A stretch of 64,000 nucleotides of DNA from Octopus vulgaris (lineage: Eukaryota). This document shows, piece by piece, positions 41,242 through 55,353 of this stretch (position 1 is the first letter of the stretch; the number at the start of each line of letters is the position of its first letter). The stretch covers positions 75,454,001 to 75,518,000 of the forward strand of contig OX597827.1 of NCBI GenBank assembly GCA_951406725.2, given 5' to 3'. The position numbers and the translations under genes are program-made. A model generated the notes under the pieces. It saw nothing but the letters and a program-made list of their open reading frames with translations. It made no database searches and had not been told where the DNA came from.

Positions 41242-41526
41242 TTTTCGCTAGTAGTATCAAAGTTATGATCATCCAAAGTTTTGTCCCTTTATGTTTTCTA
41301 ATCATGTGTGTCAGCCCTTGGGGCCAATAAAAAGAATTAATTATCATTATTATTATTTTTGAATTGTGTGGTTTAAGGGCGATTTAGCTGTTATTTTTAG
41401 CCCATCACACGACCACCTGATACCTTCCTCATTTCTTAGTCACTTCTCCCCATAAACACATTTAATGACCCATTGCTGAATTTTAAACAAAAAATTCCTT
41501 CTACAAAGTCAGAAAACAATACAGCT

Positions 41527-41743
41527 CCCATGACTTTCGGAAACATTTTTTCACGCTCAGAGTTGCTGAAGCATGGAATAAACTGCCTGCGTCAGTTGTT
41601 GACTGCCATGACACTGCATCTTTTAAGGCCCTCATGCTTTCCGAAATCCGCCGAAACTACACCTGATTATATATACACTTTAGATGAGTTGTAGTGCACC
41701 TGAGCACTGTACACAATTATTATTATTATTATTATTATTATTA
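41527..41743 (+). mobile_element. CR1-type LINE 3' end (second family) with (ATT)n tail
   Basis: HDFRKHFFTLRVAEAWNKLPASVVDCHDTASFK...* followed by a short UTR and (ATT)n. Confidence 0.8.
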
Positions 41744-42207
41744 TGAGACCCATCTTTTGTTTTGACTTGCAGGTTGACCAGTTCGGACTGTTGCGTATTT
41801 TAAACAATGATTTAAAGCAAAAAAATGCTTTGACATTTTTTCGATAGCTGTATAGGAAAAGTAACAGTCTTTCTTCGGTCTATATTTCGTTTGTCACTGT
41901 TATTTATGACATATTTCATCTCAATTACGTTCGTATGAACAAAGGAGTGTACCTGAAACACGTTTACTTCCTGACACCACCATAATCGTTCGTGCATTTC
42001 TACTGCTTTTAGGTTGTTTTTTTTTACCTGTTTTCCAGCTATTTTCGGAAGGACTTCCTCCACCCCACCCGCACCCCCATTTTCTCGCAAATTATTGATT
42101 TTTTTTTTGCCAAAATCCCAGCTTTTTGGATACGGAGATTCCGGAAAATTGCCAAAAATCGGAAATTTGAACTTTTTGCCCCCCCCCCCCCTTCCTCCAA
42201 TTTCCGA

Positions 42208-42252
42208 AACCCTAACCCTAAAACCCCAACCGTAGCCCTAAAACCCTAACCA
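42208..42252 (+). repeat. Degenerate interstitial (CCCTAA)n-like repeats
   Basis: aaaccctaaccctaaaaccccaaccgtagccctaaaaccctaacc. Confidence 0.6.
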
Positions 42253-43114
42253 GAAAAACTGGGCTTACAAAGAATAAGTCCCGGGGTCGATTTGCTCGAC
42301 TAGAGGCGGTGCTCCAGCATGGCCGCAGTCAAATGACTGAAACAAGTAAAAGAGTAAAGAGTAAGTATACGAAGTTTCAAAGTGTTTAGTTAAAGAAAAT
42401 TAATTAATCGCGCTGCCCATGAAAAGGAAAAGATCCTACTTTTGTGTTTATAAGTATATAATTTGCCTATGTATATTTGCTAGTCAAAACGGAAAATAAT
42501 CCCCCAAATTGCGTAGAATACAGATACAATGAGAAGGACACAGAAACCCGCAGAAAAATAAAGTTTTGAAGGAGAAATAACAAAAAAAATGTATAATGCA
42601 AAGACCCGTGCGCATGCGTAAAATTTCTTAGAAGTTTTAGAATTTGAATTTCTGGCAAATTTCTTATCGAAGCTCATCATTTTAACCCGTCATAACTTTT
42701 TCTTTTATCCTATGGTATTTTTGTATCCTACGCATTGTATCTCGTACGATTATGTACGAAAAATTTTTATTGGAATCCCAACAATGTACCACTCTTTTAG
42801 TTAAACAAAAACCTGTTTACTTCCGCCTTTGTCATTTTATTAAAAAAATTTCCTCTGATTTCAGTGTTTTCTAATTAAGAGATTACGATTTTGCCAAAAA
42901 AATCTCGACTTTCTTCCGATAACCGTACATGAAAATTAAAAGTCTTTCTTCGGCAATTTCCTTATAAAAAGAAAAAAAAATATTATTTCTATAATTTTTC
43001 TGATGTATTCTAGTAACTAGTCGAGCTCACCGTTCACGAGGCGCTGATTGCAGTATCAGTTTACAAGAAGCACATCTAAAAAAGGACTGAAAACATCCTA
43101 TACTGTGTACTCAC

Positions 43115-43131
43115 TCTGTAGAAGTTGCCAT
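43115..43131 (-). CDS. First coding exon (MATST-E) of the death-fold protein gene; exon probably spans 43185-43115 including UTR
   Basis: Minus strand reads aagaATGGCAACTTCTACAGA|gtgagt, with a good Kozak context and a consensus donor. Its phase-2 end (GA) is completed by the single leading A of the 32780 exon to give GAA. A pyrimidine-rich acceptor-like tract tttttctttctctcgctacag ends at 43186. Confidence 0.65.
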
Positions 43132-43185
43132 TCTTAATAGTTCCTGGATTCTTGATCTTGAATTCTTCAGACGTCAATCATTTGG

Positions 43186-44256
43186 CTGTAGCGAGAGAAA
43201 GAAAAACACCTTCCGCTTTTGTAATGAAGTCATTGGAGAGATAGGATGAACAGGAGGAGGAGAAAGAGAATTTTTTTATTTTTTTCTCCTCTTTCTACTA
43301 TAGACATGAGGTAGTCGGTTACATCGATCCCACTGCTCAACTAGTACTTATTTTATTGACTCAGAAATGATGAAAGGCAAAGTCGACGGAATTTGAACTC
43401 AGACGGAAGTAATATCGCTAAGCATTTTGTCCCATCTACTAACGATTCAACCAACTTTCCACCTAGTTCTTAACCGGGGTAAACAAATCTCTTTCGGACA
43501 TTATAAGATCGCGAAGGGTGGGGACAAATATCTGGCGGGGGGGGGGGGACTCTGATGATATTCGATGTCTAGAAGAGGCGTGAATTTTCTTCGAAATAAA
43601 ATATTTAAAACAAGTGAAACACTTGTATTTTAAGCACGTTTTCAATATAAGTTATTTATCTCGATTATGATATCAAAAGATCGTTCTTCGGTTATTAGTT
43701 AATGCAAATATCTAAAAACAAAGTAGATTAAGAAAATATGGATAAACCATTGGGCAAAATTAACTTCTGTTCGATTAAAATAGTCTACCGCTTGTAGGGT
43801 TGATGAATAAAATGCTGTTAAATACGGTAATGATCAACGAAAGTAAGAGAAGCACCCAATGAACAAATAGCAAGAAAAAGGGAGGGACAAGGTATTTCGT
43901 GATAGGTGCGAAAGAGGAGGAAATAAGAATACAGACCATAACAATTAGAGAAGAGAGAGAGAGAGAGAGAGAGCAAAACGGAACAGGCATATGAATAGTA
44001 AATCAGAGAGAGAGAGGCAGGTGTATAAATAGCACTTAAAGGAAAGAAAGAAGAGAACAGAGGAAAAGAAAAGTTTAGAAGCAATTAAAGAGGGGGGGAA
44101 AAGAGAGATAAATAATTAGATGGAAGCAGAATATTTGCAGTGTTTGTAGAGAGGCAGAGAAACAAAAGAAGGAAGTCGAAGTAACAGTAAAACTTCATAA
44201 AATACTGTTTACAGTTCCGTCACACCGGGTTTTTAACCATCGCAGCTAAGGTGAGG
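43186..44256. promoter_or_regulatory. Candidate bidirectional promoter region between the death-fold gene (-) and a possible non-coding first exon of UROS (+)
   Basis: Mostly unique sequence. ETS-like GCGGAAG (- strand, ~43210-43216), GGAAGT at 44171, and a donor-like AAG|gtgagg at 44251. Transcription start sites are not directly visible. Confidence 0.3.
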
Positions 44257-46634
44257 TGAAACTTTATGTATTTATAGTTAAATCATAACCATTACACCGT
44301 TGTTTAGCAAACATTTCCAGACATTGATCAGGTGGTTTCTCTTCGTTACTTTCTCTGTTTCCAGCGATTTCTTTCTTGTGTATTTTATAGAATCTGTTTA
44401 ATGTTTATTTTGCAATGTTTCTTGAGTGTTTACACTTTAGTGGAGAGGTGCAGACGATCTACAAGGTGACTTGCACTGTTAGAAACAGCAGCAGAATCTT
44501 CCTCAAGCTAAACCTTACTGTCTTAACAAAAGGACAGACTGGATAATGTGGCCCTAGAAACGCTATTTAAATAAAAAAAAAATAAATAAAAAAACTGGTC
44601 TTTCATCATAGGGTTTACTGAACCGGGGCTGAAGTGCGGCAATGCAGTTCTAGGTACATTACGCCGGAGTAAAACATGAGATGGTCGCAGCTACAACAGT
44701 TTTGGTCATACCTCTGGATCCGAGCTGATATGCGGCACGTAACAACTCAGAAATCAGATATTGTTATCTTCGGTACATCATGTCAGAATAAAAACAGGAC
44801 GGTCACGGTGAGAATATCTTTTTTGTCATTGATCTGCTGAATCAGGTTCGGACACTAACAGCATTAGGTCATGTAGTCCTAGATGCACTACTACTACTAT
44901 TATTACTACTACTACTACTACAATTTGTTCGTAGGTCAATTGAACCGGCATTAACATGTTGCTTGTTTTATATATAAACATATATATGTATGTGTCTGTA
45001 TTTGTACTCATATATATTAATTCATAAAGTGGTGCGGCTATCATAGAAAGCTCTTCTAGCGGACTCGGCTAACAGACCACATCGTAATCCACTGCAGAGG
45101 AGTATAATGCAGCTGAGTACCATGTAGCTAAAGTCCAGGAGATGCAACCAATGGAAATATTTCATGAGAAGTATATAAACCATAAAGAGAAAACTTTGCA
45201 TGTGTACTTAGGGCTTGAAGCTTTAGTGTAACCATGATGTTCTGGGGATCTGATAAGCTGGCTTTCTTGATCTGTCTCGTTTTATGAATATACAATTGTA
45301 TAATACATAGTATGCATATTGGTACAGACATGTAAACATAATTTATTATAGTGAAATTATTATTACATGATGGAGTCTGCGAAATGGGCCTCATACTCAG
45401 GATGACAAGTGGTTAAATAAATACATTCACCTCTCATACCTCCTGACTTCTTACGGTACACATACACAAATGCATAGTGCTGTTGAAACTCTTAGAAATT
45501 CAGTAACATTTACAAGAATATAAAATACCCCCTTGCAGACGGGAAGCAGTACTGACCACATCAGAACACTATGTGTGTGTGAGCAGTGCAATAGCTCGCC
45601 CTGAGCAACATCATGTTTTCAGATATACCACACTGAGAAAAATCTGTAAATAGTCTGTAAAATTCCTTGTCTGAAAAATAATGCAGTTACTGAACAGCCT
45701 TATACCAGCACGCAGCACAAACTGTCAGTACTAAATCTGTCTGGAAGGGATTAATAAATCACTTTAGAAAAAAAGTTTGGTTATTCATAATAAATAAAAT
45801 AGTTTTTCGCTTTTTTAATCATCCCCAAACCAAAGCGATGTTGATTTTTGGTATGAAGTTTGAGGATGAGTTTCATTTTCTTCTTAAGAATTCCATAATC
45901 ATTTGGTTTAATGGCATGTGTAATACTGGAAAAACATGAAAATTGTTGAAAAAAATGAATTTTTTTTTCTCACATTACAGTGAGAAGAGGAATTGCATGT
46001 TTCCAAAAAGACCCTTCATCTTGGAGAAAAAAAAAAAGAGTCATTGTTGTTACTCTCTCTCCCTCTCTGCCTCCTTCCTACCTCTCTCTCTCTTAGATAA
46101 AAGAAACTACCACTCAGCCCTGGATGTCTCTTTTCCTTAGTAGATGCCATGGACCCTAGGATCCTATGAAGATATCCAGGGGTTCTGTGAGTTAAGGTGT
46201 CTTACATTGGTTTCAAATTTTGGCACAAGGCCTGCAATTTCGGATATGGGCTAAGTTGATTAAATCAATCCCACTGCTCAACAGATACCTATTTTATTGA
46301 CCCTGAATGGATAAAATGCAAAGTCGACCCTGGTGGCATTTGAACTCAGAATGTAAAATTAGAAGAACTGTCACTGAGCATCTTTCCTGGTGCAGTAATG
46401 ATTCTGGAACTCACCACCTTAATAATGTCTTATACTGAAAGTTCATTTTACAGAAAAAATCTTATTAATTAATATACTTTGAGGAGGAGGTACAGGGTGG
46501 TGATGGTGGTGGGTAATATGAATAATTTTTCTCACTCACTTTTTGTTTCAAGCAATGTATTACTAAAATTAGAGGTAAGAACTGTTTTATAAAATGTATG
46601 TGTGGGTTCCACAGCGATTTTGAAAATTGCTTAA

Positions 46635-47107
46635 CCTTTATGTTACCAACCCGGCTGAAACCGGCTCTGGCTCTGAGTACAAATGTCATGTTTTCATAAG
46701 TTTTTAATTAAAATCTTCCACCAAACCTTAGTCACAATTTATGTTCCTAACACTAGCTTAATGATAACTAAGTTATTTTACTAAATTCTTGGTTATATTT
46801 AAAGTAATTGAAAGAAACACAGAGCATCTCAAAATAAATACAGTAACGAATGGGCTAAAATATATAATAGAGAAACAATTCTTAACCCTTTTGATACCAA
46901 CCTGGCTGAAACCGGCTCTGACTCTGAAGTACAAATGTCTTGTTTTCATAAGTTTTGAATTAAAATCTTCCTCAAAACCTTAGTCACAATTTATGTTCCT
47001 AACACTAGCTTAATGATAACCAAATTATTCTACTAAATTCTTTGTTATATCTAAAATTAATTGAAAGAAACACAGAGCATCTCAAAATAAATACAGTAAC
47101 GAAAGAG
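46635..47107. mobile_element. Two tandem piggyBac-type MITEs (46635-46854 and 46886-47107)
   Basis: Each copy is TTAA-CC(C)TTT..T.ACC...GTAACGAA.G.G-(T/C)TAA. The two ~220-bp copies are highly similar and ~30 bp apart. Confidence 0.85.
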
Positions 47108-47552
47108 TTAATCCACTACAAACCACAGAGAACCTGCTGTAGCATATCTCAACTTATCTAAAAAAACACAAACTTTTCTGTACAATTTTCTTCCTTTGCC
47201 AATGTGTTCCACCACCACTAGTTTTGTTGGATTATTTTGTACCTTGTGAATGGAATTTGCCTGATGGAAACATGGAAACTATTCAAAAATTTAGTGTGTA
47301 TGCATGTGTGTGTGTGAGTAGGTGGGTCTATGTATGCATGTGTGTGTGTGCTATACATAAAATAATATTGTATATATATAGATATATAAATATGTATCAT
47401 CATCATCATCGTCGTTTAACGTCCGCTTTCCATGCTAGCATGGGTTGGACGGTTCAACTGGGGTCTGGGGAGCCCGAAGGCTGCACCAGGCCAGTCAGAT
47501 CTGGCAGTGTTTCTACAGCTGGATGCCCTTCCTAACGCCAACCACTCCGAGA

Positions 47553-47589
<37 letters not shown>

Positions 47590-47845
47590 TACATACATAC
47601 TTTTATACATACATATATATAAATACATGTCTACAAACCCACACACACACACACATATATAAATATCAAAATTGTTCTTGTTTGTCAAGTAACTGAGACT
47701 GGATGTTAGACCTGAAATAGTTGCATCCCTGAGCAGGAGTTTCATTTAAGAACACACACAGAAAATGAAACAAAAAAAAAACCCCCACTTTTAATCACTT
47801 TCATTAACATTTAATAGACAGGAATCCTTTTAGTCACTGACCTGT

Positions 47846-48241
47846 ACTCTTTTACTTGTTTCAGTCATTTGACTGCGGCCATGCTGGAGCACTGCCTAAG
47901 TCGACCAAATCGACCCCAGGACATATTCTTTGTAAGCCTGGTACTTATTCTGTCGGTCTCTTTTGCCGAACCGCTAAGTTACAGGGACATAAACACACCA
48001 GCATCGGTTGTCAAGCAATGTTGGGCGGGGAACAAACACAGACACACATACATATATATATATACATATACATATATACGACAGGCTTCTTTTAGTTTAC
48101 GTCAACCCAATCCACTTACAAGGTTTTGGTCGGCCCGAGGCTATAGTAGAAGACACTTGCCCAAGGTGCCACGCAGTGTGACTGAACCTGGAACCATGTG
48201 GTTGGTAAGCAAGCTACTTACCACACAGCCACTCCTGCGCC
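47846..48241 (-). mobile_element. SINE family A
   Basis: Reverse complement of the family A consensus. Confidence 0.9.
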
Positions 48242-50222
48242 TACTTTGTGTTTGATTTTTGCATCAGGGGTCTCTTATTGTATGTCTTTGAAAGCACAGA
48301 TTCAGCAAATGGTTTGTTGACAGGGCATATGACATCAACATTACTGTTTCTAGCTTAGTAATTCTCAGAAAAATGCAAATATAAACAAGCACACAGACAT
48401 GCATGCACACACACATATATATATATATATATATAATATATATATATATATATTATACATGTTTTCTTATAAATATATATATATTTGAAATCGAAATCAG
48501 ATTCGATGACTGGCATCTGTGCAAGTGGAGCGCTAAGAGTACCATACGAGTGTGATCATTGCCAGAGCGGCTAACTGGCCTCCATTCCGGTGGCACGTAA
48601 AAAGCACCTTTCGAGCGTGATCGTTACCTGCATCGCCTTACTGGCATTTGTGCTGGTGGCACATGAAAAAACATTCGAGCGAGGTCGTTGGCAGTGCCGC
48701 TGGACTGGCTCCTCTGCAGGTCGCATGTAAAAGCACCCACTACACTCTCGGAGTGATTGGCGTTAGGAAGGGCATCCAGCTGTAGAAACTCTGCCAGATC
48801 AGATTAGAGTCTGGTGCAGCCATCTGGTTCGCCAGACCTCAGTCAAATCGTCCAACCCATGCAAGCATGGAAAGCAGACCTTAAACGATGATGATGATAC
48901 ACACTTGCATACATATATTTATATGTATTTATGAATATAAGTATGTGTATGCAGATATATATATATATACATTGCCTTCATAATCACCATCGTTTTGTAA
49001 CGTTCACTTTTCTATGTTTTTGTGGGTCAGGCAGATTTTCCACAACCACATGTCCTTCCTGTTGCCAACCTTCACTTGTTTCCAAGCATGGCAGTATTTC
49101 CTCATGGTCAGGCATGTTTACAAAAAAAACATTTGGAATGAATGGCATTCATTTATAACAATTACTTGCTTTCAAGACAAGAAGGCACAAACAGACAGAA
49201 ACATTCAGAACCAAAATCGAAGTCGATCAACATCAATGGAAATTGCAGCTGTGATACCAGTGCCAATGGCACGTAAGCAAACCATCCAATCGTGGCCGTT
49301 GCCAGCGCCACCCCGACTAGCCTCCGTGCCGGTGGCACGTAAAAAGCACCATTCGATCGTAGCCATTGCCAGCCTTGCCCGGCCCCCGTGCCGGTGGCAT
49401 GTAAAAAGCACCATCCGACTGTGGCCATTTGCCAGCCCCGTCTGGCACCTGTGCCGGTGGCATGTAAAAAGCACCCACTACACTCACGGAGTGGTTGGCA
49501 TTAGGAAGGGCATCCAGCCGTAGAAACATTGCCAGATCAGACTGGGATGGTGCAGACTTCTGGCTTCCCAGACCCCAGTTGAACCGTCCAACCCATGCTA
49601 GCATGGAAAGCGGATGCTAAATGATGATGATGATGATGATATATAAATATATATATGTACACATATACATACATGTGCATATATATCATCATTTAATGTC
49701 CGTTTTCCATGCTAGCATGGGTTGGACGGTTTGACCGGGTCTGGGAAGCCAGGAGGCTGCACCAGGCTCCAGTCTGATCTGGCAGTGTTTCTACAACTGG
49801 ATGCCCTTCCTAATGCCAACCACTCTGTGAGTGTAGTAGGTGTTTTTTACATGCCACCGGTACAGGGACCAGAGGAGGCTGGCAACAGCCACTATCGGTT
49901 GGTGCTTTTTACATGCCACCGGCACAGAAGCCAGTCAAGGCAGCACTGGCATCGGCCACGTTCGGATGGTGCTTTTTACGTGCCACCGGCACAGGTATCA
50001 CAACTACAATTTCCATTTGATTTTCATTTTGATGTTGATGTACTTGACTCAATAGGTCTCCTCAAGCAGAGCAGGTTGCCCTACAATCCAAGGTACTTTT
50101 GAATGGGCTATGTACTTATACGTGTGTGTTTGTTATTTCAATGAATGCCTTGTAAGTGAATTTGGAAGATGGATATTGTACAAAACTTACTGTGAGTATA
50201 GACACACACACACATACATACA

Positions 50223-50290
<68 letters not shown>

Positions 50291-50618
50291 TATATATTAA
50301 CAGCTGCAGGCAGTGACGGACTGGCCAGGTTGCCATCTTGCTCAATGGCAAGTGGGCCCCTACACCATTAGAATCCTTATATGGGGCCCCATGTTAGTAT
50401 CTAAGGGTCCCATTCCCTCAAGTTTGAGAATGTTTTATTCACTCCTGGAAGAATGCGTTAATTATTTCAGCCTGGCTGTGTCTGTAGACAACTGAAAAGA
50501 ATACTTTTAACAAAAAAAGAGAATTAAATGATAGCATTGTAGTTGTGGGTGGGCCCCCTTAGTCTCCTGGCAACCAGTATTTTTAGACCCCGTCTGCCAC
50601 TGGCTGCAGGTGTGGCAC

Positions 50619-50990
50619 AGGTGCAGACATGGCTGTAGGTCAAGAAGCTTGCTTCCCAGCCTCGTGGCACTTTGGGCTAGTGTCTTCCACTGTGGCTTTG
50701 CGCTGATCAAAGACTTGTGAGTAGATTTGGTAGACGGAAACTGAAAGGAGCCCATCGTGTGTGAGTGTGTGTGTGTTTCTGACTCTGTTTGTCTCCCACC
50801 ACTGGCCTAGTAATTGGTGCTGGTGTGTTTATGTCCCCATAACTTAGCAGTTTGACAAAATAGATTGATAGACTAAGTACCAGGCTTAAAAAAAAAAAAG
50901 ATATGGACTGGGATCTATTCATCCAACTAAAATTTCTGAAGGCAGTGCCCCAGCATGGCCAGAATCAAATGATAGAAACAAGTAAAAAAA
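50619..50990 (+). mobile_element. SINE family A, older copy
   Basis: Diverged family A consensus. Confidence 0.8.
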
Positions 50991-51679
50991 AATGTGTATA
51001 TCATCATCATCATTGTTTAATGTCCATCTTCAATGCATGCATGGGTCGGATGGTTGACAGGAGCCAACCAGGTAGAAAAACTACCCTAGGCTATTGTGTC
51101 TGTTTTATGACTGGATGTTCTCCCTAACACCAACCGCTCTGCAGAATGGATTTGGTACTTGTAACAGAGAAATAGAGAGGCAGAAATAGGTGTCTTGCTA
51201 TAGAAGAGGTACAGTGGGAGAGAGAGAGAGAGTGAGGGCAGAACTAGGTGTGCTGCTGTAGAGGAGATATGTGACTACCCAGCCAGAGGGAAGAGTGAGG
51301 GAAAGAAAGAGAGGGTAGGTAACAGCAAAAGTGTAAGAGAGAGATGGTGAAGTGCCAGGGTATACTCACAAGTAGCAAGGATCAGAGCATAGATGGGATG
51401 GTAAAGAAAAGAGAGGTATGAAGATGGTCAGGTGTTGCCAAGTAGGCACAAGTACAGAGTGGGGATTGCAGTGACTGGTGAAAACCTGGGTGGAGTGCAA
51501 CAAGAGAAGGAAAGGGGATTGAAAGACAATCATAGTTTATGAAGAAAAATTGCGAGGGAGAAAGATGCTGTTTAGAAGAGATGTTGGTGTGTGAAAAGTT
51601 TGTTACACGTGGGTGAGACACAACTCTGCTAGCACTCAGTTTCACTGACATGGGCAGGGCTTCTCTAGAATCCCATATT

Positions 51680-53345
51680 GCCAAGCATCTCGGTCCATTG
51701 TAATTTCCTCCATGAGCCCCAGCATCCTAAGATTAGTTCTCACCACTTCATCCCATGTCTTCCTGAGTCTCCCTCTTCCACAAGTACTATCCACTTTCAG
51801 TGACCGGCACTTCTTTATTCAGCTGTCTTCATACATACGCATCACGTGTCCAAACCAATGCATTCCCCTCTCCTCCATGCCACGTTTAATCCCTCTTATG
51901 CTTAACTTTTCTCTCAACACTGATGTTGCAAATCCAACTACCTTCATTCTTCTCCAGTCTACACACATCCTCTGCAGTCGGAGCCCATGTCTCACTTCCA
52001 TGTAATACAGCTGTTCTCACTCAGGCATCATACAATCTACCATTCACTCTGAGAGAGAGTCCTTTTGTTGCCAACAGAGGTAGTAGCTTGCTGAACTTCC
52101 TCCATCCTATTCTTATCCTTGAAACAACACTTTCAAAACATTTACCACCTTTACTAATTTGGTCACCTAAGCAGCAGAAACTATCTACTACCTGAAGAGA
52201 GCCTCCTCGGCTCTTCGTGCCTCTTGTTCCAGTGCATCTGCCATACACAAAAGTGGCCTTATCTGTTAACCTACTTTTTTACTTTTTTTTTTTTTACTTG
52301 CTTCAGTCATTTGACTGTGGCCATGCTGGAGCACCGCCTTTAGTCAAGCAAATCGACCCCAGGACTTATTTCTTTGTAAGCCTATTACCTATTCTATCGG
52401 TCTCTTTTGCCGAACCACTAAGTTACAGGGACATAAACACACTAGCATCGGTTGTCAAGCGATGTGGGGGGGGGGGGGGCAAACACAGACACACGAACCT
52501 ATACACATATATACAACGGGCTTCTTTCAGTTTCCGTCTACCAAATCCACTCACAAGGCTTTGGTCGGTCCGAGGCTATAGTAGAAGACACTTGCCCAAG
52601 GTGCCATGCAGTGAGACTGAACCCAGAACCACGTGGTTCGTAAGCAAGCTACTTACCACACAGCCACTCCTATGCCTACAATTCCACTGCATCTCTTATG
52701 TGTCCATACCTTACACTTGATGCAGCAAATGGAATTACATCCCACTCCTTTCCTACATATTGAGCAGGGCCATTTACCTGATGGAAGGGGAGTCTTATCT
52801 GCTTTCTTGCCAACAACCACTTTAGGACTTTGCTAAGTTAACTTTAAAGCCCTTTGATACCAGATTTGCTTCCAAACCCAGAACTTCTCCTACTTTGCTT
52901 CAGATTCTGCAATAAGAACAAGATCATCAGCATACAGTAGTTCCCATGGGCATCCAGTTTTGAATTCCTCTGTTATGGCCTGGAGAACTGTGATGAATAA
53001 GAGTGGACTAAGAACTGATCCCTGGTGAACTCCAACTTGTACGCTAAATTCATCACTCTATTCAAGGCCGACACTCACCTTACTGACAGCATTACTGTAC
53101 ATGGCTTGAATGACTTTAACAAGCCACTCCTCTATTCCTAGCTTCCTTAGAGACCACAAGATAAGAGAGCGGTGGAAGCCTGTTGAAAGCTTTCTCTAGG
53201 TTGATGAAAGCTAAGTACAATAGTTTACTTTTGGCTAAATACTTTTCTTGCAACTGTCTCACTAGGAAGATGGTATTTGTGGTACTTCTCTCAGGAACAA
53301 GGCCAAACTGCATCTCACCTTGTTTAATTCTATTCCTAGTCATTT
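51680..53345 (-). mobile_element. RTE-clade LINE relic (RT domain to C-terminus) interrupted by SINE-A (52290-52677, -)
   Basis: QFGLVPERSTTNTIFLVRQLQEKY...AFINLEKAF, VGVHQGSVLSPLLF, LLYADDLVL, VDSFCCLGDQI...RIRIGWRKF and HWFGHVMRM occur in order, with stops and frameshifts. Confidence 0.9.
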
Positions 53346-54169
53346 GAGCTATAGCTCTCTATCTCTCTCTCCACTGTCCACTCAGTTCCTGTATCTCTGT
53401 AGTCTCTGATGGTGGCCATAGTGGAAGTAGGCAGTGTGGTCTCAAAGGAACAACTGCTGCTTTCGCTTTGTGTGTGTGTGTGTGTGTGTGTGTGCATGTG
53501 TGGTATTATTGTTTATTTAGGCTAGGAAAAGATATTGTTGCTATGACGGTATTGTAGAGTTGATCGTGGGTGTTGCAGAAATGTCTAGGTGTTTGGTGTT
53601 CACTGAATGCATAGTAACAAAAACTGTGTTATAGTAGTAGTAGTAGTAGTAGTAATGGTGGTGTTCTGGGGTGTTGTAGATGTTTGGGGGTTAACTGAAA
53701 GTGTATCATCAAGAACCATAATGACTGGAACTTGCTACGGCAACGAACTGTGCCCCTCATATGTTGAAAGGGTCTTTAGTTGTTATTATTTTGTGTCTGT
53801 GTTAAATTTTTTCATTATTTTTCAAATCATCCAAACAGCAAGTTTTGAGAATTGCTTGTGAAACTAAAAAAAATATATTAAACCACTAAAAATATTGCAT
53901 TGTCAGCACAATTTGAAGGATATTTTCTGACAGGAATCACAATGAGAAAGTTACACAGTCTTTCTTTGATGTTATACAATTGTGGTGAGGCGAGATGGCT
54001 GAATCGTTAACACCAGATAAAATTCTTATCAGCATGTCTTCCTGCTTTAAATTCTGAGTACAAATTCTGCTGGGTTTGTTTTTGTTTTTTATCCTTTCAG
54101 AGTTGAGAGGTTAATTCCAGTTGAGCAAATTTCTGGCCTTACACTGATAGAAAACAATATATTATATAT

Positions 54170-55353
54170 TGTTACGAAACGGACGGGATCGCCCGCCGTC
54201 GTCGCTCGCCCCGAACGGCTCACAAGTTCGCCACGGAACCCAAAGAGGAGAGATACAACAACAACCACAACCGCAGCAGCACAGAGATACAGAGGCACAA
54301 CCCAGAGAGACACCCAAAAGAGGCACAGAGGCAACAGAGACACTGGCTTATATTTAACAACAGTTTATACGACAATCAATGGTTACAACATCAAATACAT
54401 TTAAGGCAGACATTTAAAGGAAGACATGCACGTGACTACTCAATACATCATACAACAGATCAAAGCATAATACAACAGCATTTCAAGAGTACAATTCAAA
54501 GTTCACGTCCGAAGACAACAGTTCTTTTAAAGTCTCTTTCTGAACATCACAGATAAAGTCACATCAACAAGTCCTTTACTCAATTCTGAACATAAATACC
54601 ACAACTCGATAATCGACATATCGACAGAGTCTCTGACTGTTCTCTTCACTGTTCAATACACAAATCACATACCTCAATTCCTAATTGAATCTGCCAGCAT
54701 CCCATTCCTCTCAATCCTGCTAATTTCTCTGAATACTGCTAAATCCTTCTGTACATATCCCCTCTGCATATATCCCAATCAGTGCCACCAAGCTTTCGCA
54801 TCCCAGCTCGCTCCTAAGAATTCCAACGCTTCCAAGATTCCATCCACTCACTCTGACCTCCAGAGTCCGTCTGTCTTCTTCGAGGACCGGCCAGCGACTG
54901 CAAGATCCGTCTGTGTTCTTCGACGACCGCTCAACGACTGCCAAGACCTCACTTCGTCTCTGTCCTTGCTTCCACTCCCTCATCTCCCTCTGTACCGCTC
55001 ACACCCTCTCTAACTGCCCTGGTCCTTATACTCTATCTATATCCTCAATCTGTCCCTTACTGCTTATCCTTTCTATTTGCCCTCTGCTCTTACTCTATTG
55101 CTATCGCCTGCCAGACTCTTCCTCTCTATCTGTCCCTTTTCTCTTACACTCTATCTCTATTTGCTCTCAGCCCTTAATCTGTCTTCCTCTCTCTCACATT
55201 CTCCTGACCCTCTTCTCAGCCGCACGAGGTCACAGGTCATTCCAAAACCCATTAGTCCTCCATTAGACAAAAGACTGTTACATTTCACCCAGACATGCCG
55301 GAACCATAATTCCAATGTGGGTCACCAAGACTGCACTAGCTAAACTCATAACA
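54170..55353 (-). mobile_element. Solo LTR (Gypsy-like, 1184 bp, ATAT TSD)
   Basis: Termini TGTTACGA...TCATAACA, with ATAT at 54166-54169 and 55354-55357. Purine-rich U3-like block and TATAAG (~55025) on the - strand. No coding capacity. Confidence 0.75.

Noticed and set aside
42208-42252. Possible telomere or chromosome fusion scar
   Set aside because: Only a few degenerate CCCTAA units inside repeat-derived sequence.
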